The notes: generated by a model from the sequence alone, not told the origin. A stretch of DNA of 59,905 nt, filler included, from Sphacelaria rigidula (GCA_964200075.2; 5 parts of 5 records of this genome joined end to end with filler, not necessarily neighbours in it), one strand, 5' to 3'. Shown: positions 24,281 to 37,445, counted from the whole stretch's first letter. Made by a program: numbers and translations.

Positions 24281-25950
24281 TGTCCCCCCAAGGTCAGCCT
24301 TTTGGAAGGACCATTTCAAGACACCCCAAACTGCGCAAAACTGGAGCACGTGAAGGCATGTATCCAAGATGCCCCGCCGAGCGTGCGTTATGTATGGCTC
24401 GATATGCTTTGTGCACCGCTTGCCGAGGCGAACAGGCGAAGGGCAACGGGGAGATCAGTGCCATTTTTTGTACAAAAGTGAGTGGTACGAAGAAAACAAA
24501 AACTCCACGCACAGCTACGGTGGTGGCACCAGAAAGATGACTACGCCGACCTCGTGTTTCTTCCCCACATATCTCGACCACCACAGAATCAGGAAGGACA
24601 CCGTAACCGACCTGCACTCCAAATTGGCTACCAACACTGTGGTAAATTTCGTACGGGACCTATTTCATTAATCTTTCCCGTCTGAGCTGCAGCCCAGAAC
24701 CACCCCGTTAACCTCGTGTTGCAATACTCACCGCTCCACAGTATTGGCGAACACATCGAGCTCGAGGAAACTATGGAGGATCACTAAGTACCCTGTGCAC
24801 CAACAAATAGCCCACGTTGCACAGCTCTACTTTAGCATCGAGCGATAATGTCTAGAGTTGTCAGCAGCAGGTGCTAGCTGACTGACCTCTTCACCTACGC
24901 ATAGCTACCACACCACCCCCTCTCCTTCATCTCGACGCCACAGCTCGACAAGGTTTTATATTCTGGTTCCAGACAAGGCAGGCCTGCAGCGCTATAAAAC
25001 CCGCGGGTGGTGTCGCCTGGAGGCCCTCTGCGCCGCATGCCCACAGCATCCCAGCCAGATTGAGTCTGCCTTTTCCCCAGAGGTACAGTGTAGATGTTGT
25101 CTCTGTTTACCCATTTCCGAATCACTGATCCCATCGACTACCATATTCAACATCACACGGCAGGGCGTGTTCCATGATCAAAGCGTGTGCTCCGCTCGCG
25201 GAAGTCATCGACGTGCTCCGCCTTGAGCTCATCAGGGTAACTTGACCATATTTCGATCCCACGATTCTAGTTCACGCGTGTGCGTCGCATCCTCAACTCG
25301 TCACTCTCCTGTGCTGCTGATGCAGAAGCGAGGTAGCGACGACAAAGGTGGAGGTTTCGTTTATGACGCGGTGGAGTGCTGGTTAAGCGTTTGGGACGGA
25401 GGGAGTAGGGTCGAGACAGGCCTTGGCGGGGGCGAGGCACTGGCCAAAGCGGGATTCCTAGGAGACCCTGGAGTGGGAAAGGTGAAGAACATATAGCACG
25501 TCGGAACCCTGTGTTTGTGGCACAGGTGGCGCAACTTACACGTTTTCCCTTTCAACACGTGAGCTAAGGGAAGATCGTAGCAAAAAGTGCGACTTGTTTG
25601 AAGAGGCGAATGCGTAACTCTCTCGTTGCATAGATCAAGGTCTTGATGTTGCAAGACGCTGGTAGTGCCGGGACTTTGACAAGCGTAGTTACGCTTGAGC
25701 AAGGAGGTGGTGCACTGGTTACGTTGACCGCTCGATCATTCACTTTCCAACCATCTTCATGCACATTTATTTTTCGGCAGAAAAATGGCCAATGTTGAAT
25801 GCAGGGACGCCGCCGGTGTTGAGTTGGTTCAGAAAATTGCAGCGCGGTCGTTCGACGCTGCTACCGCTTCTCCCCTCTGCTTGGTTGCTCCGTCTCGAAA
25901 CGGATGTGTGGTCAATGGTCAAACAACTAAGGCAAGCACAAAATGAGTAG
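24281..25950 (+). CDS. HET (heterokaryon incompatibility / TIR-related) domain protein, 3' part
   Basis: Exons 24281(approx.)-24477 and 24944-25082 splice in frame to give KLEHVKACIQDAPPSVRYVWLDMLCAPLAEANRRRATGRSVPFFVQNSTRFYILVPDKAGLQRYKTRGWCRLEALCAA. This carries the HET motifs WxDxxC and RxWxxxE. Further phase-consistent but less certain exons: 25326-25481, 25634-25706, 25781-25950 (TAG). Confidence 0.8.
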
Positions 25951-26794
25951 CCCCCCCTCCTGCTTGGTACCATGAACGCACTTTGTTCTCTTGGTACCAC
26001 TCGGGCAAAGTCGGTTTCATCCTGTATGTCATGGCTATCGGATGATAATAATGTGGTGACACCTTCGTGGTGCTTATATTTCGGAACGTCTGATGGAGCG
26101 GAACTCATCAGTTGAACTCAAGACATGGGGGACCTACAGTTGACCCCCACAGTGGTACTTGTTTCGGGGGGGGGGAAGAGTGGAGAACATTCGGGTGGTA
26201 TACAGCGAATGTTCTTGCTCCCTCTCGTGGATAAATTAACTGTCAAGTTTTTCATATCACCCACTTTGTGGTGGTAGGTGACATCAAGACCTGTTTTTCA
26301 CAGAATCTAGCACGGAGTAGAACAAAGTATGTATTGATGTGACATAACGCAGTAACTCATTGGTTCTTGGTTTCAGCGCGAAATAAAACGTCCACTTTGT
26401 TTCCTGCGATACCGCCAACTCTTAATACTCGGCCTCCTCAGTACTTTGAAATAGCGAACTAGTTGGCTTCACAGTTATTGCTCACCCCGCTTGACGTCTG
26501 CTTGAGCTCATCAGCGTGGTTTCAGAAACTACCTGATCCAGTACGGAGTCAACAACTATTAGATTTCTGTCGTATTATCAACTTCCGGATACTCAACGCC
26601 TTTCGGCGGGAAGCAGATACTACACTGACCGACATCCCGATCGACGAGTACCCTCGTTGAGCGTTGTTTTCGCGTAATCTGTCCACTGTATATCGTCGCT
26701 CTAACGGCTGTGGGCCGGCATGTCCAGTCCACTCAGTGATCGCATCAAGGGCGAACAGGATGTTAAATTCCGTGGCATCGCCGTTCGCATTGAA

Positions 26795-26945
26795 TAGGCC
26801 CTAACGATAGGCTATAACCCCGATGTGGACTCAACGGAAAGGATGGGAGAATATCCTCCCCGGGTGTCCGTAGTCCCATTAAGAAAAACGAAAGGCGTCA
26901 CTACGGAGTGATGCCGCGACAGCCCCCTCACCAAAGGAAAAAAAA
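26795..26945. repeat. Probable retrotransposon-derived tail fragment
   Basis: ggccctaacgataggc...gggtgtccgtagtccc...ggcgtcactacggagtgatgcc hairpin followed by an A-run. Single copy in the window, so the call is weak. Confidence 0.35.
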
Positions 26946-28495
26946 CGCATGTCAAGAGGTCATGACTCGGTATAGCGTATTGAGGTGATGGATTGTTCCA
27001 AAAACCACGTCTTGAAGTTTATTTCGAAGAATGAATGCAGATAGCTGGTTTCAGAAACCAGTAGGCCCTGAAATTTATTTCGAAGAATGCCGATGTAGTT
27101 GGTTTCAGAAACCAGGCCCCAACACCTATGACATGTAGATTGTACCTCGGTCCCCACTACACTTTTCTGGGGGGGGCTACCGAGGCACCACTCTCTCGAT
27201 CCTGAGATTCTGCAGTCAGTTCTGCACACCCTCGTCGGCAATTCCACCATGCCCCTCCTCCCTTCAAGTCGTTCGATTCTTTTATGCGAAAGGGCCGTGG
27301 GAAAGTTGGCGACGCTGTGGAACACAACTTCTTGCTTGCTTTCCACCAAACTCGGCCCTCTGTTCCTTGAAATTGGGACAATCCAATAACCAGGCAGATG
27401 ATCTGACCTTCGTTGTCCTTTGTGGAATGATATCTTCGCAGTTAAGCGACCGTGGTGATAGGCAAGACATTGTCGCAGCTGCTATTTGCGCCACAGCCGT
27501 CATGGAGAGGTCCGGTCGCATGGATCGCACAATTGCGCGCCGATGGCTTTGTTCTCACAAGAAAATCTTCTATGCTTCGCAAAAAGATTGCTGGCCTACC
27601 GACCTCAGCTGTGGATCTGTGGGCAGCTACGGTACAGTGTCAGACGCAGCGCTACCGCCGGGAGCAGCACGCAGCTGTCCTGCGTGGGAGAGGAGCGGGT
27701 GACGACGGCGGGAGAACATTCACCCGGCGGGTGCGAAATAAGCACCAAACGCGCACAATGCAGTTGCTACCCGTCACTAGCCCACACCTCTGGCGTACAC
27801 TAATCCTACATGACAAAACGTCGGGATTCCGTGAGCAATAGAAACCAGCGTGTTGACCAGGGTGGATAAGTCAGCTAAAAAAAGAGGTCGTTCTGAGTCC
27901 GTCTCCACCGTGTGTTTGTCCAGTTAACGGCGACCTTGACACAACAGTATATGCTATAAAGCGAAAACTGAAGCAACGCTGTACTGGAGTAGTCCCGGAA
28001 GAATATTTAGCAACCGAATCAAAAGGGCGACAACGATGGTAAGCGGCGCTTGATACTTGTTCGTGCAGCCTTTGCTAGAGTCGTGCACAATGAGCCCACG
28101 TAAGGATTGTGATTTTCAAGGGATCGTTTAGGAAGGGCTTCATCACGCACGTCAATGTAGGAGCCGTTGATGGGCATGCACCGAGGTACTGTAAGACCAT
28201 GCACACTTATCACAAAACTGCGCGCCAATATACCCTTCTGTTCAAGACAGTTTCCGATGATACCCGTCGCGAAGTCAAGACTGTGATATTCTCCCTCAAC
28301 CACTCGCTCTCGGTCAAAGCCTCTGCTTCCCGTGTACCACAAGTTACCAGCGTGAAGTTCAAGAAATACAGGAGATTCTATACAACACACACTGAAGACG
28401 TCGATAGACACTTGGAGCGAGCCCATTAACACGTAGCCTCAGCACAAACTGCACTAATGCCGGCGCCGCTCTGGCTCTTTCGTACGTATCCCCAT

Positions 28496-31400
28496 TCAGT
28501 GGTCATCCGACGCCAAAAGCTGATCCAGCTCCGCCTTGAGCTGTTCCACTCGCAAACCACTGTTTTTGCACACAACACAGAGGTCCATACATATAGAGAG
28601 GGAAAAGGGAGGCACATGCATTTTGACATGAAAATATTGGCAATATTTCGACACGTTCTGCGTAGCTAGCACGTCAGTGTTTGTCGTGACACATGCACCG
28701 GACTACGTCAACACACCAAAGCGCGAATATGACCATCTGGGTGGTCGTCGCATTCTTCCATAACCTCGTGTCATATCCTGCTTTGATATCCAAATAAAAA
28801 CTCAATGATGACTTTCCGAAGTACCAGCGAGAACGTATGAGCTTGAAGAATTGTCTCCCACCTTCCTCTCACGATTTCCTGTCGTTTTGCTTCGTCCACT
28901 TCATTCAAAACGCTCTCGAATAACGCCACTGCCTCTGTAGCATGAACGGTCAATCACGTTTGCGTTCGATCACACAAGCAGGCGAACAAGGACTCAATGT
29001 TGGCGAAACGAGAAATGGGCCCAGACGAAAAAAACTCAAACAGTCCAACTCGGAAAACAAAGCCGGGCCGCTGACGCCAACAGCGGACGGACATGCTCAT
29101 ATGCGATGGCATGAGGCTCAACTCTACACACCACCGATGGATATCCGAGACGAACAAAAAGTTAGACGGTAAAAGAAAACGTTGATTGTGTGGCTTGACC
29201 GTCCTTTTCAATGATCACAGTAATAATCAGTCCCACCAGCATGCAAACTGGGGGATTGTGCGAGAAGACAGTTGAGGGAGGAGGAAATGAAGGCACGCGT
29301 AGAAGAAAACGTAAAAACTCAACTTCAGAACGTACCATCTACCGCTTCCTTCGCCGCCGCCGCCTCCTCGTCGAAGTAGGTGGTATCCTTACTCTCGCCG
29401 GCAAATTCCATCTCCTCGCGTGCCTGCAAGTCAGTTCCGTCCCAATCCCGTGGTCAACACTCGTAACTTGCGGATATTGAAAGCCGATTCCTCGCAGTTG
29501 TCCCAGAGTGCGAACTATAGTCGACGGGCGTAGTGGTGTTCGCGCGGTCGATGAACTTACCTAGCTACGACTGTAACTGTCACATATATGAGACACCACG
29601 ATGCAAGCACATCCAGCGTGTTTCTGTCGGAGCTCCAACTCGAGTATATATTTTTTATATGTCGGTCACGTTTGAATAGCGCAGGAGAATGACCAGGCTC
29701 GAGGACCTCGAACTGGCTAGCAAGAGGGGTCCCGTGTTACTACCATGTTCATCAAGTTGCTCTTATTGAGCATCAAGTTGTATCTATTATATATTCTGTA
29801 TACTCTTCCACACAGTTTAAGGTATGCCTAGTCGTGTATCTAGGACTGAGAAAATATCGATTGTGATGTACAGCTACGGTAACCGGTGCCAACTCCCAGC
29901 GTGCTGGCTTGTTGCGTATTCTCATCGATTAAAAATACTGAGCTCAAGATGAAACACGTTTCCGCAGATGTCATCTTATTTATTGTGTCGCTACGCGCGC
30001 CTAGAAAAGCGCCTGCTGCCAGGTCAGCAAATAGATATGGGTGCGCATGCGTGGTAGTACATCGCCAGGTCTCCGCGATCAGTGTTTCGCTCAGCCCTTT
30101 TCTTCCGTTGTTCATCCACTTCTGAACGGCCCCTCTTTTCCTCATATGATAACGAATGTCGCGGTTTTTTGGGTTGGGCGATGCACACTTTACATCCATT
30201 TCTCCAACGCAAACTACGGCACGCGGCTTGTGTAACCGATTGCAAAAACGATTACAAGATATCACATAGGTCGAGGGCGAAGTCTACTCGCCGTTTTGTG
30301 GCAAAATGAGGTGGCATGGGGCGAGGGAAGGTGAAGCTTGTTCTTGGTTCGGTGTTCCATAACTTGGTGTTTTATCACCCCCTTGCACGGACCAGGTCCA
30401 TGATGTTGCAAAAGACTGTTACTGGGGTCATATATCGCTTCCTACGTCACCCAGGCGACGCTCATACTGCTAAGACCACCAGTGTTCTACTGCAGGAGGT
30501 TTGGTGGGCTCAGATAAGCCTTGACAGCTGAGCAACTCGGTTCAAGTCATACGAGCATAGCGTGTCGAACAAATGGCTCGAAAATCCACTGCAGCTAACT
30601 GCATCAAGTTCTTTGCTGATTCGGCTACATTCTGGGCACCGCTTTGTTGACATCAAATACAGAAATCTCCTGCGCTACGGAGTCTTTTGGAGGAACAAAT
30701 GTATGGACGTATTTTGCGGATCATCAGCAGTCCACTGCAAAAAGGTTTGACGGAATCAGGCCCGTGCCGCGAAGAAACGATCCAATAGAACTTGGACAAG
30801 CTCATAAACACCAGCATGTCGAAGCGTACTTGACTCAGCTTTGTTATGTTACCTAGGGCTGTGACTGGACCAGTTAATATTGTCATTCAAACTGGAATTG
30901 GAGTTGAATTGGCACTGGCGACGAGGGCGGTCGTTGTCCAGTTTATTTGAAATTCGCCGTTACCGGCTATATTTACACCAGTTTTGGTATGGGGAAGTTT
31001 CACGCTATTCCACGTCACATTTCTGAATTTTTCGAGTTCAATCCATTAGGAACTCACTAAGGGCCCAAATTTTGCCACATGACGCATAATAATGTAGTAA
31101 CAACAATGTTCAAGTGGGATTTGGGCGGGGGGTGCATGGCAGCGCAGGGGACAACCAAGTAGCCGTCCCCGGGGGATGCTTTCTACTGTGAATTTAGGGG
31201 TGGTCTCCACCGATGTGGCTTATACCGTGCAAATGGAGATACACGTAGATAACATGAAAGTTCTGTCGGGATACGTGAAACATAGAAATAATAGAACTTG
31301 AAAATATATTTCCTTATCCAGAGAGTGTGCTGTACGCATCGCCCCCCCATATCAATTGTCACCAGAGTGGTCTCTACCGTTTTGGCCTGTTGCACACGAA

Positions 31401-34400
31401 TGGCGATGGACCTAAACACACGAACACATCGATATGATGTGTTAACAATGAAAAGATTATCCCTACTCTCCTCTAACTTCTTCCCACCAGGGGATGAAGC
31501 CGCTCCATCCCCTCTCCAGACACGATGAGGGTGTTATCTACCGTTTTCGCTAGTTACATAGGCATTTACATTCGAATGATGATGCCCCCGGACACACGGG
31601 GGGCACCGTTAGAACGTATCCAACACATAAAATTCCCGTATAACCCCCTTCTCCCCTACTCCGTTTCCCGGATATGAAATCAACGCATCCCCTCCCTGAA
31701 CAATCTCAGCGGAAAAGGGATATTATTCGGCGTTTGAGTCATTTGCGGCCGGATACAATGATTCGGAACGCGTGACCGGTACCAACAGAAGATGTACGAT
31801 CCACCCCAACTGGCGATACATGTCGGTTTCCTTAACAGGGTTCCAGACACCACGGGGAAGATTTGTGGAGGACAAACAAGCAACATACCGCAATTTTCCT
31901 CGCCTCCGGCGGCGCTCCCGCGGGGGCCCCTCACTAGCCGGGGGTACTCACGGCTCTGCCGCTCGCCTTTGATGTATTCCCAGTTAATCGGCACAGGCCG
32001 ACTAACTGGAAGAACATCGATTGACGGGCCGCTGGCGCCACCAGTTTAACGTCATCCTACTTGAGCCGCCGATTGACAGCCTAACCGATATCCAGCACCG
32101 CACAGTATTTTTTGTGCCGGCTTTCCAACACAAAGAAAAATGTGATTGGCATAAGGAAAAAATCAAACAAGAACACAAATAATATGATTGATCAGTGCCG
32201 ATGTGATGACCAGTTGCCGTGAATCACAAGGCTGAGTAAAAAACCATGAGCATCAAGATTCGCCATTGTGTAAGGTCAAAAACACAATCTTGACCTTGCA
32301 CGACAGCTGCTAGCATGCTCTATTTGTGTTGGGCAGTGAAAATATACGTTAGGCAGTACGTAAAATTTTGATGTACCGGGGAAGATATTACGTGATTGAA
32401 TTAGCGGGCGAAGCTCGCAACAAAAGGTCTGCTCCCCCCACACAGACGGGGACAACTTTTTGTGAATCAAAAGAAGATTTGACGCGAAGCGAGATTATAG
32501 TCGAGCCTTCAGAATGGGCACCTGGTCAAGATTGAGGATCTGTTCGAAATCAGGCGAACGACTGAAACATGGGACGTTTCCTGTTACACTGTATTGCAGC
32601 ACAAACACACCCACGCTCTCTCTCATGTGCTGTAGCAGCCACTACTGCGGTGTGTTCACACATTGCGAAGACGGTTTGGTCTCCGCTGGGATTGACTGTA
32701 GAAAAATTTATGGTATGTTGACTGTTTCGTCTTCCGTACAACGACGCTGCTGCGGCACTGTACCGTATTGTGTTGGAACATGTGAGAGTGGGCGTGATTG
32801 GCCGCGAGATTAGACCGCGCGAACACTAGGTTTTACAATAATCTACTATTAATAACTACTTTCCCAGTCGGCCGGCGTACATTTGGCGGCGCAGGCAGAG
32901 ATACACAACCTACCGGTAGAGTAGGGCCAGTTCCGCAGGATATCTGTGCAGACCCGCCGGTCCAACCAACACCGTTTTTGAATCCACCCGCGCGCAACAG
33001 AGCCGACACACTATTTCTGAACTCACCGGTGCGCGACGGAGGTAGCAAATAGTGCACGCCACGGCGCGCACACCCACAACATCGCAGCTCACGCACACAT
33101 ACGCGGACGAACCACCACTAGCTATGAAAAATAGCGGCAAAAACGACAGCAGGCAGCGGTCCAAATATGTACCTTGGAGGGGAATATTAAATGAAAACCA
33201 CATGACTCTTGATAATATGTTCATACCAGTACTATTACCAGGCCGGAGTGCCTCTGCCGTTTTCTCTCCTTCATTCATTGTTCGGGTGGCGGGAGGGGGG
33301 GTCGCCTCCCGGGTAAATACAAGGATCGTTCCGGCATGAGTGAGGATGTGGGGATGATAATATTTTCAAGATCTTTTTGAGTACCGACGTATACGTACAT
33401 GTGTCGATTTCAAGCCCCCCGTACACTCGTAGATGTGTGTGGGGACTGACATACGTGGCGGAAACACGACGGCGGGGGCCAACAACAGCAGACTTGAACA
33501 CTCGTTTGATGGCGACATCAGCAAACCATGTGTGCTGGCGGCTGTTACTTGTGTTCACGGCTTGCAGTACAATATATGCTACCGTCACTTCCTCCCGCAC
33601 AATACTGTCGGTGCCATAGTTCTGTCTGTACCGTACCGTCCACTAATGCTACTGTCTGTATTGGGAACAGTGCTACGTCGTACTATACTGTCTGTGGAGT
33701 ATACATTTATCAAAATCTGCACGCACAAAAGCACGTGGGTCGGCTGCGTGCCGAGCGTGTGAAGGGTGTGCGATAGGTTGATCGGCGGGTTTCGTGCTTC
33801 AACAATACTGCTGCTGCTGTTGTTTTTGCCGCTGGCTCGTGGTGGTTCGTCTGTGACATGTGTGCGTGTAAGCTGTGATGCTATGGGTGTGCGTGCCGTG
33901 GCGTGCGCTATATGCCAGCTCTGTTGTGCGCGGGTGGGTTCAAAAATGGGGTGCCGGCTTTATTGAGCACGGGTGGATTCAAAAACGGTGTTGGTTGGAC
34001 CAGCGGGTCTGCACAAATGTCCTGTGGAACTAGTTCGACTCTGCCGGCAGGTTCTGTATCTCTGCCTGCGCCAGCAGATATACGCCGGCCGACTTTCAAC
34101 GTAATACAGAGCGATTTGATTGGTAGTTAACGAGTAAAACTGTCCTGCTGGCTGTTTAATCTGCCAGGCAGTAAAGCGCGAGTTCTGTCCAATCGCGCTT
34201 CAGATGCCGAGATGGAAATAATCGTGTGCTTGTACAAGAGTGTATTCGTTGTCCCAGCTGAGGAATATCGATCGTCAGTTTGGGCACTGTGGTGGGTAAA
34301 ATCGAGCAGGACTTCATGGAGAAGAAAGCTTTGGATGTGTTTTACAGTTTTGTCGTAGCATGAGGATTATTACGTGGTTTATAGAGTCTGCAGTCCATCG

Positions 34401-34997
34401 CCGTATCTTGTTTTGGGGGGTGATAAAGAACGTGACATTATATCAGCAGAACACTGCGATCGCGCTTGCGAGGGATAGAATGAAAATGACTTGCGGGTAA
34501 CAATATATGTTCACCAATTTCAATGCGGTCGGTGCAATCACTTCATGAGTTCATCGGGGACATTGATGCAGAAGTGGTACACAGTTTTGCGTCGGAACTT
34601 TCGTGAATAAATGCTGCATGGATCGCGCTTGCTCCACTGCGCCCCTCGCTTTGAGCGTGGTGAAGAACATGACACTAATCCAGGTGCTTAGTCGGCTTGC
34701 AGCTACACGAGATGTACGTACCGTTACGAAGAGATCATTAAACTGGTCCATCTTGCGCCTTAACTCCTCCTCGGTCAGCGTTGACAATCCAGCAGCACTG
34801 CTACGTGACAACGTACTCGGTCTAGAGCCTAATGATGCTCCTCCTGCTAGCGGCCAGCTCGACGATGCCTGTTGTCGTGAACGCGCAGTTGCACTTGTTC
34901 GGAATGAAACAATCGATCGTAGTTGTTGCTGTTGGGTGAGGATGGTAGACACAGAAGAAACTCGAAGTAAACCCGAGCGCAACTGCAGCAAGGCCAT
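28496..34997 (-). CDS. Complete 166-aa embryogenesis-like / LEA-related coiled-coil protein, probably mitochondrion-targeted
   Basis: Four exons with GT-AG introns: 34997-34722, 29423-29336, 28934-28862, 28559-28496 (TGA); 501 nt in total. An Arg/Ser-rich N-terminus with few acidic residues precedes MDQFNDLFVTAREEMEFAGESKDTTYFDEEAAAAKEAVDEAVALFESVLNEVDEAKRQEIVRGSGLRVEQLKAELDQLLASDDH, which matches the plant/fungal AREEIE..TxYF..GLKxEQLK family. Confidence 0.9.
32866..34094. mobile_element. Non-autonomous DNA element with about 290-bp terminal inverted repeats (MULE/foldback-like), intronic
   Basis: 32866 to about 33157 (agtcggccggcgtac...gcaggcagagatac...ggtccaaccaacaccgtttttgaatccaccc) is the reverse complement of about 33808-34094. 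Confidence 0.85.
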
Positions 34998-35905
34998 TTT
35001 TTGTAGAGAAGTACAGTAGTGCATCGATATGCAAACGCCAGTCGGCGTCTGAAACGAACTAGGCCAACGATGACAAGCACTGGACAATGCGAAGACGGCG
35101 CTGAATGCCGCTGTGCATGGTGGACAACATGGATAATGGCAACAGATGCTACCTGTGGATAAAGACACCGTTCGACGTGTAGCGGCGCGGCACATATCCT
35201 CTTGACCGCGAGCTTGCATCCGCTCGGAGTGAGGTGCTGAGCGTGGAATATTTCACACGACTTCACGGTGGTACGTTGGTAATTCTTCGACCGGAGTCGC
35301 TGCTTACGCTTTCTGTTGGACTGCTTGAGGTACTTACTTGAACGCAAACGACCCCGAAGCGCTTTTGATATATCTTCGAACACCACGTGCTTAGATATAC
35401 TGTACACGTCCTGTGTGTTCAAGAAAACAGCATACAGTCCAGCGGACGACGCCCAAATTGCACACGTTTCTGTTGGGCCAAACGATTTAATACAGCAATT
35501 CCGGTTACGGGCTTAGCCTCAACATATACGTGTCGATCGATTGTAGCATGATATATCTTCGGACGACGACACATCTTTTGATATTTTTTTACAACGAGTA
35601 CTAGCTGCCAGCTACAAAATCAATCGAACAGGAAGCGTAAGGAGCGACTCCGGTCAAATCTCTTCCCTGCAGACAGGTTTCATTTTACTCGTACTCTAGA
35701 CGTATGAGCAGCCAGTAGTTCGTGTTTACTTGATTTTGGAGCACATTTTTTCGCTGATATCTCTTCGCTTGCGTTTCACTGGACTTTGAGGTGCGTTTTG
35801 TTTCTGCTTGGGTTTGGGGTATATTTCACGGTTAGGACGAATCATCACTACTACGAATCACCAAATCCAAGATTTCTCCGGCCTGATTGCCCAAAAGGGA
35901 GAAAA

Positions 35906-36005
35906 NNNNNNNNNNNNNNNNNNNNNNNNNNNNNNNNNNNNNNNNNNNNTTAATTAATTAANNNNNNNNNNNNNNNNNNNNNNNNNNNNNNNNNNNNNNN
36001 NNNNN
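35906..36005. other. Artificial contig linker
   Basis: N44-TTAATTAATTAA-N44. Confidence 0.97.
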
Positions 36006-36512
36006 GGACCAGGCTCGCGATCAATTACCAAGCGCGAAGCGCCGTGGTGTGTTCGGCGACTCGCATGAAGGGTGAGCTGCATCCTGCGAAGATTTTTCGG
36101 TCAGAAGCCTAATGATTATCTTGCACCTAGATGACAGCCTCCGATGGGTTGCTTCATTTTCTGGCATTGCCACTTCCAGAGACAGCCATGGCTTATAAAC
36201 TGTCTCATGTGTTTCTCACCGTTCAAACAATACGTAGTATGATCAGCCCCTTTGCGCGGAGTTGAGGTTCTCCCACCCAGCACAACATGATCTAGCTCGA
36301 CTAGCATCATTGTTACCGCAAAAAAAAAAAACAGTGCGGAAAACAAAAACCGGTAATCTGGTCGCCTAGCTTATGCAGTGAGTGGCGTGTTTTACAGCGT
36401 CATCGCCAACCGATGCCAACCCCATAGGGGGTCCGCCCCTACAAAGCTGGGACGGAGCACGCTGGGTTCTCGCCGGACCAGGCTGAGATAGGAAAGGGAG
36501 GGGGGGGGGGGA
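36006..36512 (-). mobile_element. Non-autonomous retro-repeat R1 (3' end lost in gap)
   Basis: Aligns along its length with 46640-47085 and abuts a poly-G run at 36500-36512. Confidence 0.75.
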
Positions 36513-36618
36513 ATGTCACATGAAGGGGAAAATGAAAGAATGGAGTGGCAGCCTACACACGCGCAGCAACGATCACAAACGCACACCATGCCTAGACGCT
36601 TGTTTCCTCGTTTCCGTC

Positions 36619-36950
36619 CATGCTGCATGAATCATACGCACACGTTCCCCACCTCCCATTCATACCCCATGAATCACAGGTACTTGTTCCCCACCTTTGA
36701 CCCATGCAGCATGCATTATGGATACATGCTCCCCACCTTCCATTAATACAAGGTGAATCAAGCGTACATCTTTCCCAATTTCAATTCATGCAGCATGAAT
36801 CGTACGTACATGTCCCGCACCGTCCATTCATACGAGGTGGATCAAGTTTACATGTTTCCCACTTTTCATCCATGCAGCATGAATCATACCTACATGCCCC
36901 CCACCTTCTGTTCATATGATATAAATCATGGGAACATGTTTTTCGCCACC
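36619..36950. repeat. Tandem array of diverged 42-bp units (84-bp dimer), block 1
   Basis: catgc(a/t)gcatg(a/c)at recurs at 36619, 36703, 36787 and 36871, with half-units (catac...tgaatca) in between. Confidence 0.85.
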
Positions 36951-37109
36951 CGTCATTTCACGGAGCGCGCCTCTTCGGTGGTGCGGCCTTTTTGCAGCTG
37001 GGGTAGGCAAAAAAGAGGGTACAAGTCGCAAACCTCTTCAAATCCGCAGTCAAGCCGATTTATAATTTTGTATCAACGCGTAACACATCAATTATATAGC
37101 ACAACACAG

Positions 37110-37445
37110 GGGTCTGCGTGCCTAGAGCAATTATTCTAGATACGAAATTTTCCGAGCTATGCTATTGACAGCCTCCGTGGATTCATGTTGTATTTTGTGA
37201 TACAGTTAACCTGGATATACTGTATACAATACCACAAACGCCTGCGAAGAAGGCAGCACCAACACGCGTCGTCCCTGGATATTCGCGGGAGTTTTTGGGA
37301 AACCTCTGGCAGCGTATACTGCAGTCCACATGCAGCAGCGTACAGCATAGCACTACACGCATCTGTGCGCCTAGAGCGACTCTTCTAGCTGCTTATTTTC
37401 CCTAGCCAAGCTGTTGACGGCCTTTCTGCGCTTCATGTTTGTTTC
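37110..37445. repeat. Direct duplication, about 250-bp period
   Basis: tctgcgtgcctagagcaattattctaga...gctattgacagcctccgtggattcatgtt versus tctgtgcgcctagagcgactcttctagc...gctgttgacggcctttctgcgcttcatgtt. Confidence 0.65.

Noticed and set aside
28109..28669. Plus-strand ORFs as a transposase
   Set aside because: They are antisense to the last exon and 3' UTR of the LEA-like gene, and show no DDE motif.
36190..36260. Hammerhead ribozyme in R1 (ctgatca...gaaa on the minus strand)
   Set aside because: Core does not match CUGANGA and is not conserved in the copy near 46900.
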